From: Hungatella sp. | GTDB lineage: Bacteria > Bacillota > Clostridia > Lachnospirales > Lachnospiraceae | Direction: 5' to 3' | NCBI GenBank assembly: GCA_022796015.1 | Contig: JAAWHU010000007.1 | Coordinates: forward strand, 5,562 to 69,561 | Length of the DNA: 64,000 bases | Shown here: piece by piece, positions 26,514 to 35,598 of the stretch | How positions within the stretch are numbered: the first letter of the stretch is position 1 | Layout of the letters: each line of letters starts with the position of its first letter | Notes under the pieces: model-generated | What the model was told of the DNA's origin: nothing | The model's input: only the letters and a program-made list of their open reading frames with translations | Database searches by the model: none | Translations under genes and position numbers: made by a program

Positions 26514-28975
26514 GCATGAAAAGGAAATTACTGATAGGGCCGCTGATAATCCTGCTGGCCCTTTCTGCCGTTCTTACTGCCTTAGGGGCATCGGAGGACA
26601 AGGCCAAAGAAGAGGATACCCGGGATGCCATTGTCATGGATGTGACCTATGGGTATGACAACAGGGCAAAAGGAGGAAGATATGTGCCTCTGGATGTATC
26701 CCTTGGCAACAACAGGCAGCAGCCCTTTGAGGGGACCCTTCAGGTGATGGCCATGGAATCGGATTATGAGGTGTACCGGTATGATTACCCTGTTGAGATC
26801 GAGGCGGGAAAAGACCTTGAGATGCACCTTTATATTCCCATGGGGAACCGGTCAGAGCAGCTGTTTGTGGCAGTTGTGGATGCAAAGGATGAGCAGGTGG
26901 CCCACAAGCGGATGAAGATCGATTTCAGCCTGGACGTGCCGGAACTGTTTGTGGGGATTTTAAGCGACACTCCGGAACCCTTGACGGCGGGCTGGAACGG
27001 TGTGGGGGTGGATCACGGAATGCTGCGCACCAGGGCCATTGCCTTTGATACGGCAGACTTCCCGGACAATGAGCTCGGCCTTGACATGATTGATGTGATG
27101 CTTATCAGCAATTACCGAATTAGAGATTTGTCCGAGAAGCAAAGCCAGGTGCTGATCGGCTGGGTTAGAAACGGCGGAACTATGATACTGGGTACAGGCA
27201 TGAGGGCGGACGATACCCTCGGCCGGTTTGCTCCGGAGCTTCTGGAGGAGATGTATGACGAACCTCAGATGCGGCAGGTGGATATGGGGGCTAACTATGC
27301 CCAGGATGGGCCCGGGGATGCGGTTGTTACGATTCCCTGTGTGGAGTTTGCCTTGTCCGGCGGCAATGTGATTATGGCGGATGAATCCCTGCCGCTGTTG
27401 TCCAGCGTGACATACAGAAGAGGGATTGTGGCCGTGGCTGCCTATGATTTTGCGGATATCGGAGAGTTCTGCCAGCAGAATCCTTCCTATCTGGATCAGC
27501 TTCTTACAGGAGTGCTGGGGGAGAGCCGGATTAACTCCGTGGCGGAATCCGTGTACAGCGGCAATTCGGGCCAGTACTGGTCGGTTCGGGATATGATCAA
27601 TACAGGCAACGTAAAGATGCTTCCCAATATAGGCCTGTATACATTGGAGATCGTTATCTATGTGTTCCTTGTGGGACTGGGTATGTATGTGTTTTTAAAG
27701 CAGAGGGATCTGACAGAGTACTACAGATCAAGTGTTGTAGGGCTGTCGATTATTTTTACCATGATTATCTGGCTTATGGGCAGCAAGACCAGATTCCGGG
27801 ATACCTTTTACACCTATGCCCGCTTTCTGGAGGTTACCTGGGATACGGTCAGCGATACTACCTACATGAATATCCGGGCGCCTTACAGCAAGCCTTATGA
27901 GGCCGGTCTGCCGGCAGAATATTCGGTAAAGCCTGTGACCCAGAATAATTATGGCACAGAGGCATCAGGTTCATCCCGGAGATTCACGGGGGCGGAGAAT
28001 TACCGGGTCAGGGTTTGGCATAAGCCTGAGGAGACCAAGGTATTTATTCGGAACATACCTGCATTTGAGCCAAGGTACTTTCAGCTGAACAAGATAGACG
28101 ACAACAAAGAAGGGATCGGCTTTGAGGGGGACATAGAGATTGAACAGGGCAGCTACACGGGAACCATTACCAACCGGTTTAAAGAAAAGCTGGAAAATTG
28201 CGTGGTGCTTTTCTACGGCAAAATGATTTATCTGGGAGATATGGAGCCGGGGGAGACTGTTTCTTTAGATGGCCTTGATGTGCTGGTCTGCCCCCTGAAG
28301 CACTCCTATGAGGTGGCCTCCTATCTGTCAGGGGAGAGAAGCTTTAAGAAATCGGATATCAGTGACGACCGGTATGTGGAGGCAGTGGAGAAGACCAATC
28401 TGTTTACCTTCTATCTGGATAATTTTATGCCGGAATATTCCCCCAATGCCAAGGTAGTGGGAATCTACAGTCAGAATGAGGAAGAAAACCGGCGTTTTGC
28501 CAAGGCAGACAAGGCAGAGGGAAAGACCGTGGCAGCCTCCGATATCAGCGTTTATTCCAGCGACGAGGAGGTTATATACCGCTCCGGCCTGGTTCGGACG
28601 CCTAGTGTGCTGGGGGGCAGTTATGATTCCGCCAACAATACCTTATACGGAGCAGATCCGGTCACTTTGGAGTATGCCTTGGGCAATGACGTGCGCATTG
28701 AGAAGCTGATCTTTCAATATGTGTCGCCGGAGTTTGTGGCAGACAGGAAAGGCAGTGATCTCAGCCTTTTTAAAGGAAACATCTATTTTTATAATCACAA
28801 CACAGGCAAATATGACTTGATGGACGCCATGAAACAGGAGTATGAGGCCTATGACCTCACATCCTATCTGTCCCCGGGCAATACCATCACCATAAAATAT
28901 GTATACGAAAATATGACGGATTATAACTGGAATATCCTGCTTCCTATGCTGAGTATTGTGGGGAGGGAATATTAA
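26510..28975 (+). CDS. Large (821 aa) exported/membrane protein of unknown function.
   Basis: Signal peptide (LLIGPLIILLALSAVLTALGAS), about 350 aa, a central pair of TM helices (LYTLEIVIYVFLVGLGMYVF / VVGLSIIFTMIIWLM), then a roughly 400-aa C-terminal domain. Its ATG overlaps the kinase stop (ATGA). Confidence 0.7.
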   Translation: MSMKRKLLIGPLIILLALSAVLTALGASEDKAKEEDTRDAIVMDVTYGYDNRAKGGRYVPLDVSLGNNRQQPFEGTLQVMAMESDYEVYRYDYPVEIEAGKDLEMHLYIPMGNRSEQLFVAVVDAKDEQVAHKRMKIDFSLDVPELFVGILSDTPEPLTAGWNGVGVDHGMLRTRAIAFDTADFPDNELGLDMIDVMLISNYRIRDLSEKQSQVLIGWVRNGGTMILGTGMRADDTLGRFAPELLEEMYDEPQMRQVDMGANYAQDGPGDAVVTIPCVEFALSGGNVIMADESLPLLSSVTYRRGIVAVAAYDFADIGEFCQQNPSYLDQLLTGVLGESRINSVAESVYSGNSGQYWSVRDMINTGNVKMLPNIGLYTLEIVIYVFLVGLGMYVFLKQRDLTEYYRSSVVGLSIIFTMIIWLMGSKTRFRDTFYTYARFLEVTWDTVSDTTYMNIRAPYSKPYEAGLPAEYSVKPVTQNNYGTEASGSSRRFTGAENYRVRVWHKPEETKVFIRNIPAFEPRYFQLNKIDDNKEGIGFEGDIEIEQGSYTGTITNRFKEKLENCVVLFYGKMIYLGDMEPGETVSLDGLDVLVCPLKHSYEVASYLSGERSFKKSDISDDRYVEAVEKTNLFTFYLDNFMPEYSPNAKVVGIYSQNEEENRRFAKADKAEGKTVAASDISVYSSDEEVIYRSGLVRTPSVLGGSYDSANNTLYGADPVTLEYALGNDVRIEKLIFQYVSPEFVADRKGSDLSLFKGNIYFYNHNTGKYDLMDAMKQEYEAYDLTSYLSPGNTITIKYVYENMTDYNWNILLPMLSIVGREY

Positions 28976-29922
28976 TGGTAAAGATTGAGGGACTGAAGAA
29001 AATGTATGGACGGGCTGCCGCTTTAGACGGACTTTCCATGCATGTGAGAGAAGGGGCTCTCTATGGTTTTGTAGGGCCTAACGGAGCAGGGAAAACCACT
29101 ACCATAAAGATTCTCACAGGGCTGCTTCTCCCCGATGAGGGGACTGTGACCATAGGTGGAGCCGATGGAGCCAAAGAGCCGGAAAAGACCATAAAGATGA
29201 TAGGCTATGTGCCGGATTTCTTCGGGGTTTATGACAATCTGAAGGTATCCGAGTATATGGAACTGTTTGCCGCATGCTACGGTCTTTACGGTTTGACGGC
29301 CAGAAAGAGGAATATGGCCCTGTTGGAGCAGGTGGGCCTGGGAGAAAAGGGAGATTACTATGTGGATGGTCTTTCACGGGGAATGAAACAGAGGCTGTGC
29401 CTGGCCAGAGCCCTGATCCATGATCCTGCTATTCTGATTATGGATGAGCCTACGGCCGGGCTGGACCCGGGAACCAGATATGAGTTCAGGGAGATTTTAA
29501 AGGATTTAAAAGATCAGGAAAAAACGGTGGTTCTTAGTTCTCATATTCTGCCGGAGCTTTCGGAGCTCTGCACAGATATCGGCATTGTAGAGCAGGGAAA
29601 GATGGTTCTTGAGGGAACCATGGATGAGATCCTTACCCAGATCAATGTGAGAAGTCCTCTGATGATCTCGGTTTATCAGGGGAAGGAAAAAGCTTTGGGC
29701 ATTCTTCGCAGCCATCCCCAGGTTGAGACCATCGCTATACGGCAGAATGATATTGCCGTGGGATTTATGGGTGATCAGGAGGAGGAGGCAATCCTTTTGG
29801 GGCAGCTGGCGGCTGCAGGAGTCATGATCTATAGTTTTGTCAGAGAGCGGGGGAACCTGGAGTCGGTGTTTATGCAGATTACCAATCACGAAGAGGGGAT
29901 GGTACTGATCCATGAAGATTAA
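28975..29922 (+). CDS. ABC transporter ATP-binding protein (ABC-2 subfamily partner).
   Basis: Walker A GPNGAGKTT, signature LSRGMKQR and Walker B ILIMDEPT. Its start overlaps the preceding stop (TAATG). Confidence 0.9.
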   Translation: MVKIEGLKKMYGRAAALDGLSMHVREGALYGFVGPNGAGKTTTIKILTGLLLPDEGTVTIGGADGAKEPEKTIKMIGYVPDFFGVYDNLKVSEYMELFAACYGLYGLTARKRNMALLEQVGLGEKGDYYVDGLSRGMKQRLCLARALIHDPAILIMDEPTAGLDPGTRYEFREILKDLKDQEKTVVLSSHILPELSELCTDIGIVEQGKMVLEGTMDEILTQINVRSPLMISVYQGKEKALGILRSHPQVETIAIRQNDIAVGFMGDQEEEAILLGQLAAAGVMIYSFVRERGNLESVFMQITNHEEGMVLIHED

Positions 29923-30787
29923 GATTAATCCGGTATACAGACAGGAGAGTAAAGTCAGCTCCAGATCCTTCAGGCTGCCGCTTATTATTCTTTTGTGCAA
30001 CAGCATTCTGGCGCTGGCCGCCCTTCTGGACATGTATTTTATGGTTACCCAGGTGAGGACCACGGCGGAGATCCAGTACTCCAGCTTTTTAAGTCTGTAC
30101 ATCTTTGCCGCTGCTATTGAGTTTGTCATGCTTCTTCTCATTGTCCCGGCTCTTACCTCGGGAAGCATCAGCGGGGAGAGGGAGAGGCAGACCCTGAATC
30201 TGCTTTTGACCACCTCCATGACTCCGGGGGATATTGTGACAGGAAAGCTCCTTGCAAGTCTTTCCACGGTGTTTGTGCTGATTGTGTCAAGCTTCCCCAT
30301 ATTGTCCCTTGTTTTTATCTATGGAGGGGTTACGGTAAAGGATATTCTTATACTGCTGTGCTGTTTTTCTTCCACGGCTTTCCTTGCAGGGGGCATAGGG
30401 ATCTGTTGTTCCGCTGTGTTTAAGCGTTCTACTATCGCTACGGCGGCCAGCTACTGCATTATGGCCTTCCTTGTATTCGGAACCCTTGCCCTGTCCAAGT
30501 TTATGTCGGGTTTTGTAGGTGCAGGCAGGGCCATGAATCCGGGGAGCTTTATGGTTCTCCTTCTCATGAATCCTGCCGTATCCTTTGGAGTGGCCATAAA
30601 GAACCAGACAGGAAGCATACGCAGTATTCCGGTGCTGGAGCTGTGGGCTAAAAACCCGGAGACCAGTCCCCTGATCTCGTATTGGCTGGGAATCAGCATA
30701 GGGGTTCAGCTTTTGGCGGCTGTATGCTGCCTATTGATTGCAGTCCGGCAGGTGAATCCCAGGAGGAAGAGAATATGGAAGGGTTAG
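29912..30787 (+). CDS. ABC-2 type transporter permease.
   Basis: Six-TM permease of 291 aa. It overlaps the ATPase gene by 11 nt. Confidence 0.8.
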   Translation: MKIKINPVYRQESKVSSRSFRLPLIILLCNSILALAALLDMYFMVTQVRTTAEIQYSSFLSLYIFAAAIEFVMLLLIVPALTSGSISGERERQTLNLLLTTSMTPGDIVTGKLLASLSTVFVLIVSSFPILSLVFIYGGVTVKDILILLCCFSSTAFLAGGIGICCSAVFKRSTIATAASYCIMAFLVFGTLALSKFMSGFVGAGRAMNPGSFMVLLLMNPAVSFGVAIKNQTGSIRSIPVLELWAKNPETSPLISYWLGISIGVQLLAAVCCLLIAVRQVNPRRKRIWKG

Positions 30788-31569
30788 CAGTAATTGTGGA
30801 GACGGCCAAGGTTGTAGTGGGCGTGCTCCTACTGGCAGGAGGGGCTTTCACCTGGTATCGGGTGAGAAAGCAGGTGCGGCTGGTATCAAAGGCGATTTTT
30901 GGTACTCCCTCCTTGAAAGAGGGGTTGGAGCATCAGGCGGATATCCTGGCTGAGACGCCCAAATCCGTGTCCGGCATGACCAAGCTGTGCCTGCCGCAGA
31001 TCGAGTCAGATTTTCCGGAGTTTCACTGGGCCCAGTGGAAGCAGAGATGCGAGAATCTGCTGAAGGCCTATTTTGCCGCCTTGGAGAATCAGGATATTTC
31101 ACGTCTGGAGGAGAGCTCGGAGGAATTAAAAAGGCAGACGGTCCATGAGATTGAGGATCAGAACCGCCGGGGAGTAAGGGTGTGCTACCGGCAGGTGAGA
31201 ATCCATCAGACTGAGATCGCCAGATATCAGAAGGAAGCAGGCTTGTGCCTCATAAAGCTGCAGTCCGCGGTGGAATATTATTATGAAGAGAAGTCCGCGT
31301 CCGGGGAGGAAGAGGAGGAACGAAAGGGGAAGGGAGGAAAGAAGCAGCCTCAGGGGCCTAAGCGTCAGCAGAACCGATATAATATGGAGCTGGTGTACAT
31401 TCAGGACCTTTCCAAGGTGGGAGATTACGCCACGGCTTTGGGGGCTACCTGTCCCAACTGCGGCGCCCCCATTACCAGGCTGGGGAGCAAGTTCTGCGAA
31501 TACTGCGGGACAGGAGTGATCCCCATAGACATAAGAGTGTGGAAACTTCATCGGATTGAGAAAGAATAG
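30775..31569 (+). CDS. Membrane-anchored protein with a coiled-coil and a C-terminal zinc ribbon.
   Basis: N-terminal TM helix (VVVGVLLLAGGAFTWY), an acidic low-complexity region and C-terminal CPNCG...CEYCG. RBS is AGGAGG. It overlaps the permease by 13 nt. Confidence 0.6.
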   Translation: MEGLAVIVETAKVVVGVLLLAGGAFTWYRVRKQVRLVSKAIFGTPSLKEGLEHQADILAETPKSVSGMTKLCLPQIESDFPEFHWAQWKQRCENLLKAYFAALENQDISRLEESSEELKRQTVHEIEDQNRRGVRVCYRQVRIHQTEIARYQKEAGLCLIKLQSAVEYYYEEKSASGEEEEERKGKGGKKQPQGPKRQQNRYNMELVYIQDLSKVGDYATALGATCPNCGAPITRLGSKFCEYCGTGVIPIDIRVWKLHRIEKE

Positions 31570-31633
31570 GTATTGATTTCATGCCTTTGGGACGGTATAC
31601 TCAAAGGAAGATAACTAGAGGAGGAACAGACAT

Positions 31634-32893
31634 ATGGGAATTTTAAAAGCAGCAGCCATGGCTATGGGCGGGTCCTTGGCAGATCAGTGGCTTGAGGTTA
31701 TTGAAGCGGACACCATGGGGGATCAGACGGTTTTCACAAAAGGCGTGAAGATCCGCAAGGGTTCCAACACAAAGGGGACGGTGGACACGGTTTCCAACGG
31801 CTCCGTGATCCATGTGTATCCCAACCAGTTTATGATGCTGGTGGACGGCGGAAAGGTAGTGGATTATACGGCGGAGGAGGGATATTATACAGTTAACAAT
31901 TCTTCTCTTCCCTCCCTGTTTAACGGCCAGTTCGGCGATACCCTAAAGGAGTCTTTCCAGAGGATTAAGTACGGAGGCAGCACCCCCACGCTTCAGAAAG
32001 TATTTTTTGTGAACCTTCAGGAGATTAAGGGAATCAAGTTCGGCACCCGCAATCCCATTAACTATTTCGATCAGTTTTACAATGCGGAGCTGTTCCTCAG
32101 AGCCCATGGAACTTACTCCATCAAGGTGACAGATCCACTGAAATTTTATGCAGAGGTGATCCCGAAGAGCCGGGATAAGGTGGAGATTCAGAGCATCAAT
32201 GAACAGTACTTAAGCGAATTTTTAGAGGCCCTTCAGTCCTCCATCAACCAAATGTCAGCCGATGGCATCCGGATCTCCTATGTGTCTTCCAAGGGAAGAG
32301 AGCTGGGCAAATACATGTCCGACACCCTGGATGAGGACTGGAAGCAGATGCGCGGCATGGAGATCCAGTCTGTGGGCATCGCCAGCATTTCCTATGACGA
32401 AGAGTCCCAGAAGTTAATTAACATGCGCAACCAGGGCGCTATGCTCAGTGATCCCACCATCCGGGAGGGATATGTTCAGGGGGCCATGGCAAGAGGCCTG
32501 GAGGCGGCAGGTTCCAATGCCAACGGCGCCATGGCCGGATTCATGGGCATGGGAGTAGGCATGAATACGGCGGGAGGATATATGGCCGGAGCGTCCAATA
32601 TAAACTTCCAGCAGATGCAGATGAACCAGGCCCAGCAGACCCCGGGTTACGGCCAGCAGCCGGGAACCATGGGCTACGGCCAGCAGCCTCAGCAGCCGGG
32701 ACCATACGGCCAGCAGCAGGAAGCAAAGCCTGCTCCGTCCGGAGAGTGGACCTGCAGCTGCGGTACGGTGAATACCGGGAAGTTCTGCGGCGAATGCGGA
32801 AGCCCCAGGCCTGTTCAGGGCCCATGGACCTGCAGCTGCGGCGCAGTGAATACCGGAAAGTTCTGCAGTGAGTGCGGCAAGCCCAGACAGTAA
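31634..32893 (+). CDS. SPFH/band-7-like protein (YdjI-like) with a Q/G/P-rich linker and a C-terminal duplicated zinc ribbon.
   Basis: The N-terminal 300 aa have an SPFH-like composition (MGILKAAAMAMGGSLADQWLEVIEAD...). The tail has two WTCSCGxVNTGKFCxECG motifs. Confidence 0.7.
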   Translation: MGILKAAAMAMGGSLADQWLEVIEADTMGDQTVFTKGVKIRKGSNTKGTVDTVSNGSVIHVYPNQFMMLVDGGKVVDYTAEEGYYTVNNSSLPSLFNGQFGDTLKESFQRIKYGGSTPTLQKVFFVNLQEIKGIKFGTRNPINYFDQFYNAELFLRAHGTYSIKVTDPLKFYAEVIPKSRDKVEIQSINEQYLSEFLEALQSSINQMSADGIRISYVSSKGRELGKYMSDTLDEDWKQMRGMEIQSVGIASISYDEESQKLINMRNQGAMLSDPTIREGYVQGAMARGLEAAGSNANGAMAGFMGMGVGMNTAGGYMAGASNINFQQMQMNQAQQTPGYGQQPGTMGYGQQPQQPGPYGQQQEAKPAPSGEWTCSCGTVNTGKFCGECGSPRPVQGPWTCSCGAVNTGKFCSECGKPRQ

Positions 32894-32932
32894 GAGAAGA
32901 CAGGTTTTTGAGGAACAGGACAGGGGAGAGAG

Positions 32933-33985
32933 ATGGCAGCAGTAAGTATAAAATGTCCGAACTGCGGCGGCGGACTTCAGTTTGATCCTGCAGGCCAGAA
33001 TTATGAATGCGAATATTGTCTTTCCAGGTTCACCCAGGAAGAGCTGGAGAAGATGGCGCCCCAGCCGGCAGAGGCCGGTGCGGAGGAGAAGGATACATTG
33101 CCGGAGCCGGAAGGGGCCAAGGTGTATATTTGTCCCAGCTGCGGCGCCCAGATTGTGACGGACGAGACCACGGCGGCTTCGTTTTGTTTTTACTGCCAGA
33201 ATCCGGTGATTCTAGAGGGAAGGCTTGAAGGAGAGTACCATCCGGACTATGTGATTCCCTTTGCCATAGACAAGGAGAAGGCCACGGAGATTTTCCTGAG
33301 CTGGCTGAAGAATAAGCGGTATGTGCCCCGGGATTTTTACGGGCCGGAACAGCTGGAGAAGATGACAGGAGTCTATTTTCCATACTGGCTCTACAGCTGC
33401 CGGATTAAGGGAAGCCTGGAAGGAGAGGGAACCAGGCTGAGGACCTGGAGGACGGGGAATATGCAGTACACGGAGACTCAGAAGTATGATATATCCCGGC
33501 AGGGGACCATGGCAGTGGATCATGTGACCCGCAACGCCTTAAAAAAGGCGGATAAGAAACTGATCGAGGGGGTTATGCCCTTTGATACCAAGACCATGAA
33601 GCCCTTTTCTATGGGATATCTCTCAGGCTTCTTTGCAGAGAAGCGGGATATGGAGGAGCATGAATTTGCCGCCGAGGTGGAACAGGAAGTGAGGAATTTT
33701 GCGGCGGACGCCTTAAAGGGCAGCGCCGAGGGATACAGCAGCATCAGTGTGAGAAGGCAGGAAACCGATATTAAAGACCCGAAGTGGGAATACGCTCTTC
33801 TTCCGGTATGGACCCTTACCTACAAGGAGAGGAAGACAGGGAAAATCTATTATTTTGCCTGCAACGGACAGAGCGGCAAGGTCTGCGGGGTGCTTCCTGT
33901 GGATTCTAAGAAGCTGCTGGTTCTTTTTGCGGAGATCTTCCTGCCGCTTCTTGCCGTTCTTTTGGCAGCGGGGTACTTTCTATGA
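32933..33985 (+). CDS. Protein with two N-terminal zinc ribbons and a C-terminal TM anchor (YdjG-like).
   Basis: CPNCGG...CEYC and CPSCG...CFYC motifs, with a C-terminal hydrophobic helix LLVLFAEIFLPLLAVLLAAGYFL. Confidence 0.6.
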   Translation: MAAVSIKCPNCGGGLQFDPAGQNYECEYCLSRFTQEELEKMAPQPAEAGAEEKDTLPEPEGAKVYICPSCGAQIVTDETTAASFCFYCQNPVILEGRLEGEYHPDYVIPFAIDKEKATEIFLSWLKNKRYVPRDFYGPEQLEKMTGVYFPYWLYSCRIKGSLEGEGTRLRTWRTGNMQYTETQKYDISRQGTMAVDHVTRNALKKADKKLIEGVMPFDTKTMKPFSMGYLSGFFAEKRDMEEHEFAAEVEQEVRNFAADALKGSAEGYSSISVRRQETDIKDPKWEYALLPVWTLTYKERKTGKIYYFACNGQSGKVCGVLPVDSKKLLVLFAEIFLPLLAVLLAAGYFL

Positions 33986-34866
33986 GAACAGGAAAACGAT
34001 TGCAGGCAGTGTGGTGTATTGTACTGGTATGGCTCTTCGTGACAGCCGGCGCCGTGTACGGAGGAGCCCCGGAGGAGGCTTCTGCATCTGATGGCATAAG
34101 GGTTTATGACATGGCCGGCCTTTTTACGGAGGAGGATATAGAGGAGCTGGAGCAAAGGATTGAGGGATACCGTACACAGTGGGACATGGATGTTGTCATA
34201 GTGACCACGAAGGATGCACAGGGCAGGGGCAGTACGGCCTATGCAGACGACTTTTATGATGAGGGCGGATTCGGTCAGGGAAAGGAACGGGACGGAATCC
34301 TGTTTCTCATTGACATGGATAACAGAGAATTAACCTTTTCCACCTGCGGGAGGGCTGTCCGCATTTTCACGGACGAGCGGATCGGCCATATGCTTGACGG
34401 AGTCTACGAAGGAGCGTCTGAGGGAGATTACAGAGCCTGCGCGGATATGTTTCTGTCAGATGCGAAACGCTATGTGGAGGCAGGGATTCAAGGCGGACAG
34501 TACAATTATGATACGGAGACAGGAAAGATCAGCGTATACAGAAGTATCCGCTGGTATGAAGCCCTTCTGGCACTGGCAGTATCCGCCTTTACGGCGGGGG
34601 CCGTGTGCATGGGAGTAAAAGGGCGGTATGCCATGGAGGAGAGCCGGCAGCAGATCAAGAATCTGAATATGGCTTATCGGGCAGAGGCCAGATTTGCCTA
34701 TGACAACAGGGGGGACCGGCTGGTCAATCAGTTTGTCACCAGCAGGGTCATACCCCGCAGCACAGGCGGAGGCCACGGGGGAGGAGGCCTTTCTTCATCG
34801 GGACGCAGCTCCACCCATCGGTCATCGGGAGGCCGCAGCCATGGCGGTGGAAGCAGAAAGTTTTAA
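33982..34866 (+). CDS. TPM-domain (TLP18.3/Psb32/MOLO-1) protein with a glycine-rich C-terminal tail (YdjH/YgcG-like).
   Basis: Signal/TM segment, then a TPM core (VYDMAGLFTEEDIEELEQRIE...DVVIVTT...GILFLIDMDNRE), a second TM helix and a GGGHGGGG tail. Its ATG overlaps the upstream stop (ATGA). Confidence 0.75.
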   Translation: MRTGKRLQAVWCIVLVWLFVTAGAVYGGAPEEASASDGIRVYDMAGLFTEEDIEELEQRIEGYRTQWDMDVVIVTTKDAQGRGSTAYADDFYDEGGFGQGKERDGILFLIDMDNRELTFSTCGRAVRIFTDERIGHMLDGVYEGASEGDYRACADMFLSDAKRYVEAGIQGGQYNYDTETGKISVYRSIRWYEALLALAVSAFTAGAVCMGVKGRYAMEESRQQIKNLNMAYRAEARFAYDNRGDRLVNQFVTSRVIPRSTGGGHGGGGLSSSGRSSTHRSSGGRSHGGGSRKF

Positions 34867-34890
34867 AACCGTAGAAACAGAGGACGAACA

Positions 34891-35598
34891 ATGGAAGCGA
34901 TTTTACTGGCAGGAGGCTTGGGAACCAGGCTGAGAAGCGTGGTCAGCGACAGGCCGAAGCCCATGGCCCTTATTGAGGAAAAGCCTTTTATGGAATATGT
35001 GGTCCGGGAGCTTGCCATGCAGGGCATTGACCAGATTATTTTTGCCGTAGGGTATAAAGGGACCATGGTGGAGGAATATTTTGGAGATGGGAAGGCCTTC
35101 GGCATAAAGGCCCTCTACGCTTATGAGGAGACCCTGCTGGGAACTGCGGGAGCCATTAAGAACGGGGCGCGCCTTATGAAGGGGGATCAGGTTTTGGTTC
35201 TCAACGCCGATACCTTCTACCGGATGGACTACGGGCGGCTGGTGAGGCAGAGACAGGAACAGAATCTGGATATGGCTTTGGTGCTGCGGCAGGTGGAGGA
35301 TGTATCCCGGTACGGCCAGGCGGTGCTGACAGGCGGCCTTCTTACGGGATTTAATGAGAAGACCAGCAGGAAAAGGCCGGGAACCATCAACGGCGGAGTC
35401 TATCTTATGACAAGACAGCTGATCGACCGGGTTCCCCAGGGCAAGGTGTCTTTAGAGAACGACATGATCCCTCGGTGGCTTTCGGAAGGACGGAGGCTGG
35501 GAGGATTTGTCAATGACGGATATTTTATTGATATCGGCATCCCCAAGGACTACTTCCGATTTATGGAAGACGTAAAGAAAGGAGTCCTTACATGGTAA
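34891..35598 (+). CDS. hddC: D-glycero-alpha-D-manno-heptose-1-phosphate guanylyltransferase.
   Basis: Nucleotidyltransferase N-terminus ILLAGGLGTRLR...PKPM. It is cotranscribed with a GHMP kinase, a HAD phosphatase and a SIS isomerase, which together make the GDP-heptose pathway set. Confidence 0.75.
   Translation: MEAILLAGGLGTRLRSVVSDRPKPMALIEEKPFMEYVVRELAMQGIDQIIFAVGYKGTMVEEYFGDGKAFGIKALYAYEETLLGTAGAIKNGARLMKGDQVLVLNADTFYRMDYGRLVRQRQEQNLDMALVLRQVEDVSRYGQAVLTGGLLTGFNEKTSRKRPGTINGGVYLMTRQLIDRVPQGKVSLENDMIPRWLSEGRRLGGFVNDGYFIDIGIPKDYFRFMEDVKKGVLTW

Noticed and set aside
4956-30774. N-terminally extended starts proposed by the ORF track. These are GTG 4956 (clpB), GTG 8676 (MATE), ATG 13117 (rubredoxin), TTG 17061, ATG 20764 (ppx) and ATG 30682.
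   Set aside because: In each case an internal ATG sits 5-9 nt downstream of a clear AGGAGG-type RBS and gives a protein of canonical length. The upstream extensions lack an RBS or overlap promoters or terminators.
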